Positions 58,980-64,000 of a DNA stretch of 64,000 bases are shown here, piece by piece; positions within the stretch are counted from its first letter, which is position 1, and the number at the start of each line of letters is the position of its first letter. The stretch is from contig JAQULF010000003.1 in NCBI GenBank assembly GCA_028718745.1, forward strand, positions 160 to 64,159, in the 5' to 3' direction. Under the pieces are notes generated by a model, which had not been told where the DNA came from, did no database searches, and was given only the letters and a program-made list of their open reading frames with translations. The translations under genes were made by a program, and so were the position numbers. The stretch is from Patescibacteria group bacterium (GTDB lineage Bacteria > Patescibacteriota > JACPGU01).

Positions 58980-61900
58980 TTAATATTTTAAAACCCACCC
59001 GGCATAAATAACATTGGCGCCGCCGGCATAGAGGCTTGGATATTGAGCTTGATTGAGTTCTACCAATTTCACCCATTGACTGCTATCGCCATAGAGTTTT
59101 TGAGCGATCCACTGTAAATCATCACCGGGTTGAACCGTATAAACTCCGTTGCTTGGCTGTTGGGAGGCGGGCTGCTCCGCGGGTGTTGTTGAGGGGGTTG
59201 GTTGGACCGGTTGAAATGTTCCGTCATTGACATTGATTTCCCAGTAAATACCAATATCTTTCATCCAGGTGATGCCGTCGGCAACAGGAGTAAAGTAGGC
59301 TTTGTAATTTCCATTTGTCATCGGCGCCTTAATCGTGAACTGGAATCTCGCGTTCCATCCCGAAATAATTCCAAGTGGTGAAATAGCAGTTGGTCTATTT
59401 TGAGATAACCAATCGGTATTTGCAAATTCACTATTGTAATCTTGCTGCTGATTGCTATTCCCATAGATTGAACCAGAACCAAGACGAACATTATTTTCCC
59501 AAGTAGCTGTGCCGGTATTTTTTACTTCAACCCAAACATTGGCTGTTTCCCCGGGTTTAAGAGTGGTCGGATATGGAGATTGATAAACCAACTCATAATC
59601 ATAAGTTCCTAGCTGTTCTGGCGGTATTGGAGCAAAACCAAGATCATATTTCAAAACCCAGCCTGAATAAAGCGTGTTGGCCCCCCCATCATAAAGACTT
59701 GGAAATTGAGCTTGGTTTAGTTCAACTAACCTCATCCATTTATTAGAATCACCATAAAGATTTTGCGCGATTGATTGCAAAGAATCTCCCGACTGGACTG
59801 TATATTCACCAAGTAAAGGAGTGACTGGCGGCGTAACCGGAGGAATTACCGGAGGAATTACCGGAGGAATAACAGCGCCGGTTTTTAATGTACCAAAAAC
59901 CGCAAAAGTAGAAAAGTGATTTATATGCGCGGTAATTGTATGCGCCACAGTATCCAAAACACTTGGCACCAAAATCCAAATTTTTGCGGTTTCATCCCAA
60001 TAATATAATTTCAATGAGCTTTCATCAAAACTGTTCAGTAATAAATTATTTCCATAAGGTATCGTGATTGTAATATTGCCGTTAAGACTGGTAACTTTTA
60101 CATTGTTTGAAACTAGAAATGCATTGATATCAAATGCGTTTAATAATGATAATCCTAAAGGTGAAGCTGGAGGATTGTTTTCATTGGTTAGCGTTATATT
60201 GATATTCCCATTGATTGTGCCGGCGGGAATATTTACACGAACAGAACCATCGGCTAGAGAAATCGTTCCCCCGCCGGCAGAAGTGATTACTCCTGAACCT
60301 ATAAGTGAAACCGGTTGAGGTGGCGGCGGAGTAGATCCTCCCCCACCTGATGGCGGAGCCGGAGCAATGGTTACTGTGACAGTATATGGCTGAATTGAAA
60401 GATCAGCAGCCGTAACCGTATATATTTGCGGAGTTACAAAGTTGTTAGCAACACCGGAAAGCGGGCTGACTGATGCACCGGTAATTGTGATGGTTGGAAC
60501 GAGTGCAGTTACATTGGTTCCATGAGGAACTGTCAACGCAATCGTATGAGCCGGTTCATTAATTGTAGTCCCACCCACTTGGCCGGGTACGGTAAATGCC
60601 GTAATCGCCTTGTCCGAACTTAAAGGAGGGGTGATTGTCCAAGCATAAGTAGCTGGAGTCGCATCAACATTTCCAAAAGCGTCAATTGCTCTTACATTAA
60701 AGGTATGAGCAGCAACTGATAAACCGGTATAGTTCTTTGGACTTGTACAAGGCGAATAACCACCGGAATCAATCTGACATTCAAAAGTACCTGCTTCGGT
60801 AGAATTAAACGAAAATGAAGCCGAAGTTGAAGAGGTGCTTAGTGGCGGATTGGTTAGAATCGTAGTATTCGGATTTAAAGTATCAATGGTAAATGTGCTT
60901 GCCGACTCAACAAAACTGCCTTGATTTTGAAAAACATCTTTTGCGCGTACGCGAACTTTCATGTTTATATTTTCTTGAAGATTAAAATCAGTTCCCGCAT
61001 CCCAAGAAATAGTCTTATTATTGCCAATAATTTGTCCGCTGCCAACATCTCCGGTCAAGGTAGTAATTGGCACAACCCAGCTAGATGTACCATCGTCTAT
61101 TTCGGCTTCAACCATTATAAAAGCAGTACTATCATCTGTTAAATCATAATAAATTGTAACTATTTTTGATCCATCAGTAGCCTGGGCGGCGGAAACATTT
61201 GAAACAACCGGTTTTTTCACATCAATGGTAATAGCGGAAGAAGTGAAATAACTGCTCGGGTCTACCCCATCGCTGGCTTTTCCTCGTATATAAACCGTCC
61301 CGTTAAAATCACCGAGATCAGCGGCGGCATTCCAAACGAAGGTATAATTATTTCCACTCGGCGAAGTTGCCAAACCGGTAATGCCACTATCATCAGGATC
61401 ACCGGTTGCTTCCGTCATGGTTAACTCTTCCCCCGCAAAAGCGCCGGTTAGAGAATATTGTCGCGAGATAATATCGCACGGGTCAGAATCTGCGTCTGAA
61501 AGAGTGTAAGTAACATCAAAGAAGCCATCATCTGTTTTTTGACTGCCTACAACATTGGTAATTAAAGGAGCTGAATTTCCGCTTGTTGTGGTAACTGGTC
61601 CTATTTCCGTCGCGTTTACCTTGTTTCCAGCCTTATCATATATCCAGATATTAAAGAAATATGGAGTTGAAGCCGTTAACCCTGTAACTGTTGTTGAAAC
61701 CGCTCCATTATAATTTTCAAAACCAAGATTTGCATCGTCTAATTTTGTCCAAGGAATATCTGATTCTGTAACTCCGGCGCTCGTTTTCCTAAATATCTTG
61801 TATTCTTTGAAATTAGTATCCGAGCCGGCTAATCCAAAAGTTAAGCTAGTAGAAACATTGGTAGTGGAATCAGAATCAACCAAATCGCCCGGTGCTATCG

Positions 61901-64000
61901 GATCGGTAGTATCTTTGGTTATATTCGGTTGGTTATCAGTTCCGACATTGCTAAATAGATCGGTATCTCTTAAATATAAAGTAAAGGTTGTTAAACCGGA
62001 ACCATCCAAAGCACCAAATCCCGTTAGATCGTTCATGGTCGTTACCCCACTGGCGCAAGAAACCCAGGAAGAATTATCTATCGAACATTCCAAATTGTTG
62101 AAATCATTAGCGGTAAATGAAATCACCTTCGATGCATTAACAAAATCACCCGATACCGGAGATACGATACTTACGATCGGCGCGACCACTTGCTTTAAGA
62201 TCGTATCCGTAGCGTTATTTCCTTGATTACCAAGAGCGTCAACCAGATAAACAGTCAGAGTAAGCGTGCCATTATCAAGACTGCTAACATCTATCGGAGA
62301 TATGGTATCTGTCCCCGTTGATATGAAACCGCTTCCCGTAACTGCAGGCGTAAGAACATTTGTATCGTCAATTGAATAATTGTAAGTTGTTCCTATTTCA
62401 GCAGCAGTAAAAGTAAACGAAGCGGTTGTTTGATTGATACTGTTAATAGAGACCTGGTCAAAAGCCACAGCATAGCCGCTTGGCGCTACATTATCTACCG
62501 TGAACGGCCCAGTTGATGCGGGATTGCTGTTCTCATCACCGTCCGTAACTATAAATTGGAAATAGACATCGTTGACAGAAGTAGTCGGAATCTCCACATG
62601 GCTTGACCAGGTTAATGTATATTCGGTGCCGGAAAAATCAGTGGCGGGAACAAATGTGGAGGCCGGAGAAAAAGTCATTGATCCATCAGCAACCGCTGTC
62701 CAGCTGCCACCAACTCCGATTTTATATTGAGCGCTTCCTGACTTGAAAGTAGAAGTATCAACTGCCCCATCCGGATCTTTGACGCGGAATTTAATATCTA
62801 CCTGCCCGCTTCCATCCGTTGTTTGCGTCGCGGATCCAAGTACATCATCAACCGTATGGCCGAGAACCGGGGGTTGGTCCGCGGCAAGCGTTGTTGTATT
62901 TATATCTGGGACCGTTTCTTCCAGGCCAACCTTATCTACTGCCCAGATTTTGAAATAATATGTAGTTGAATTGGAAAGCCCGGTTATGGTTGTGGTCGTC
63001 GTGGTTCGACTTAAAAGAGCCGCATCTTTGACAGCATCCCATTTCACTGCCAAACCTGACTTGCCCTGGACATCAGCTTGCGCTAAAGCGTCAGCTTGTA
63101 CCGGCAGACCGGTTGAATACCATATTTCATAATGATCAAAGTTTGCTTCGGTCACTGCTGTCCAATTCAAAACTTGCGAAGTTGAGCCGGTAGATCCGGC
63201 AACTAATGCGGTTAACCCTGTTGGGGCAGTAGTATCAATTATAATATTTTTATTAAATCCCAATGATCCCACGACTCCCGGGGTGGGAAGTGTTAGGATC
63301 GCATCATTTCCAACTGTATCTTTGATAGTGCCGCCATTTAGGACCAATGATGTAGTTGCGACATAATCCAGATCAGCCGAATTGTCGCTGGCTCCCACAG
63401 TATAATCAAAGGTTAAAGTATTGGTGCCGGTACCGGAACTGTAAGTTGCTGCTCCTCCACTATTTAGCGCTAAGGAAGGAGGTCCGCCCAATACATTGAC
63501 TATTTTTGAAAAAGTAACTTGAATAGAAACCGGAGCTCCCGTAGTATAAGCGCCATTAGCTGTAGAAGAAGTAACATTGGTAACACTGGCTTGAGCGGAG
63601 AAATCCCAATTGATATTATTTCCGCCATTAATATTTGTTCCCGCATCGGTTCCATTGACAACCGTTCCCCCGCTGGCATCTGAATATGAAGGTGAAACAT
63701 AGTTTATGGTTTGTGTTGCGGGCGCATGAATCAGCCAATGTGTTAATGGGGTAACCGGCGCCAAGGTCAAAATATTTCCTGACGCACCGGATAGAGTAAG
63801 CTGATTGGTTACATCTTGCAAAACAGAACTTTGGAAAGAAACTGTTCGCGCGGTTGTGCCGGTTATTGAAAGGTTATTCCAGATGTTAGCGCCACTAATA
63901 GTTTGCGCGCCAGTTCCATTGAAATCAATCGTGCTAGTACCGGCCGTAAAAGTCCCGCCATTATTAGTCCAGTTGCCCCCGACACTATGAGTAAATGTTG
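58980..64000 (-). CDS. Very large surface protein (Ig/FN3 repeats, LysM-NBR1-Ig-LysM C-terminus), 5' end beyond window
   Basis: Frame stays open from 63821 to the window edge (TFTHSVGGNWTNNGGTFTAGTS...); TGLSNSTTYYFKIWAVD FN3-like repeats; YTVQ.GD.LQ.IAQ.LYG LysM. Confidence 0.85.
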   Translation of the reverse strand, partial: TFTHSVGGNWTNNGGTFTAGTSTIDFNGTGAQTISGANIWNNLSITGTTARTVSFQSSVLQDVTNQLTLSGASGNILTLAPVTPLTHWLIHAPATQTINYVSPSYSDASGGTVVNGTDAGTNINGGNNINWDFSAQASVTNVTSSTANGAYTTGAPVSIQVTFSKIVNVLGGPPSLALNSGGAATYSSGTGTNTLTFDYTVGASDNSADLDYVATTSLVLNGGTIKDTVGNDAILTLPTPGVVGSLGFNKNIIIDTTAPTGLTALVAGSTGSTSQVLNWTAVTEANFDHYEIWYSTGLPVQADALAQADVQGKSGLAVKWDAVKDAALLSRTTTTTTITGLSNSTTYYFKIWAVDKVGLEETVPDINTTTLAADQPPVLGHTVDDVLGSATQTTDGSGQVDIKFRVKDPDGAVDTSTFKSGSAQYKIGVGGSWTAVADGSMTFSPASTFVPATDFSGTEYTLTWSSHVEIPTTSVNDVYFQFIVTDGDENSNPASTGPFTVDNVAPSGYAVAFDQVSINSINQTTASFTFTAAEIGTTYNYSIDDTNVLTPAVTGSGFISTGTDTISPIDVSSLDNGTLTLTVYLVDALGNQGNNATDTILKQVVAPIVSIVSPVSGDFVNASKVISFTANDFNNLECSIDNSSWVSCASGVTTMNDLTGFGALDGSGLTTFTLYLRDTDLFSNVGTDNQPNITKDTTDPIAPGDLVDSDSTTNVSTSLTFGLAGSDTNFKEYKIFRKTSAGVTESDIPWTKLDDANLGFENYNGAVSTTVTGLTASTPYFFNIWIYDKAGNKVNATEIGPVTTTSGNSAPLITNVVGSQKTDDGFFDVTYTLSDADSDPCDIISRQYSLTGAFAGEELTMTEATGDPDDSGITGLATSPSGNNYTFVWNAAADLGDFNGTVYIRGKASDGVDPSSYFTSSAITIDVKKPVVSNVSAAQATDGSKIVTIYYDLTDDSTAFIMVEAEIDDGTSSWVVPITTLTGDVGSGQIIGNNKTISWDAGTDFNLQENINMKVRVRAKDVFQNQGSFVESASTFTIDTLNPNTTILTNPPLSTSSTSASFSFNSTEAGTFECQIDSGGYSPCTSPKNYTGLSVAAHTFNVRAIDAFGNVDATPATYAWTITPPLSSDKAITAFTVPGQVGGTTINEPAHTIALTVPHGTNVTALVPTITITGASVSPLSGVANNFVTPQIYTVTAADLSIQPYTVTVTIAPAPPSGGGGSTPPPPQPVSLIGSGVITSAGGGTISLADGSVRVNIPAGTINGNINITLTNENNPPASPLGLSLLNAFDINAFLVSNNVKVTSLNGNITITIPYGNNLLLNSFDESSLKLYYWDETAKIWILVPSVLDTVAHTITAHINHFSTFAVFGTLKTGAVIPPVIPPVIPPVTPPVTPLLGEYTVQSGDSLQSIAQNLYGDSNKWMRLVELNQAQFPSLYDGGANTLYSGWVLKYDLGFAPIPPEQLGTYDYELVYQSPYPTTLKPGETANVWVEVKNTGTATWENNVRLGSGSIYGNSNQQQDYNSEFANTDWLSQNRPTAISPLGIISGWNARFQFTIKAPMTNGNYKAYFTPVADGITWMKDIGIYWEINVNDGTFQPVQPTPSTTPAEQPASQQPSNGVYTVQPGDDLQWIAQKLYGDSSQWVKLVELNQAQYPSLYAGGANVIYAGWVLKY

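Noticed and set aside
50601-59810. Diversity-generating retroelement suggested by near-identical C-terminal repeats
   Set aside because: No reverse transcriptase in the window, all copies are coding, and by eye the differences are not adenine-restricted (not counted systematically).
1-64000. Stop-codon reassignment (code 25 or amber recoding)
   Set aside because: TGA ends genes with ATGA overlaps (1023, 16172) and TAG ends the PBP, rSAM and acyl-CoA ligase genes at expected lengths; only recJ shows an internal TAG.

Overview
AT-rich bacterial chromosome window using genetic code 11. Gene content and style point to a CPR/Patescibacteria genome; this is inference, and there is no rRNA here to confirm it. 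Left to right: an XRE regulator fragment, an inositol-monophosphatase/CysQ-family gene, a ChbG/YdjC deacetylase, a Type II-like R-M pair (HNH nuclease + beta-class MTase), argS, tyrS and a class A PBP. Next is a GC-richer accessory block with a radical SAM/SPASM maturase followed by an unannotated 30-aa Cys-containing peptide ORF and a terminator (candidate RiPP system), a GNAT, a PilX-like pilin and a dockerin/NHL protein. Then come GT4, a PEGA protein, sortase, a tRNA-Leu(CAA) nested inside a fragmented second tRNA-Leu copy, gpmI, ADP-forming acyl-CoA synthetase, and recJ with an in-frame amber codon at position 5. The dcw cluster (mraZ to ftsQ) is interrupted by rluA, a MazG-like gene, a REP-associated tyrosine transposase and a P-loop kinase. 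A ~19 kb minus-strand surface-protein array ends the window (LysM, NBR1-Ig-like, Calx-beta, beta-propeller, an adjacent dockerin-cohesin pair, output-less Cache and PAS sensors). Several palindromic REP-like families are scattered throughout, many inserted in frame inside housekeeping genes. Best candidates for new biology: the rSAM + 30-aa peptide cassette, the cohesin-dockerin surface array, the RAYT/REP system that writes into coding sequences, and the nested tRNA. Family assignments come from motif recognition by eye; no searches were run.
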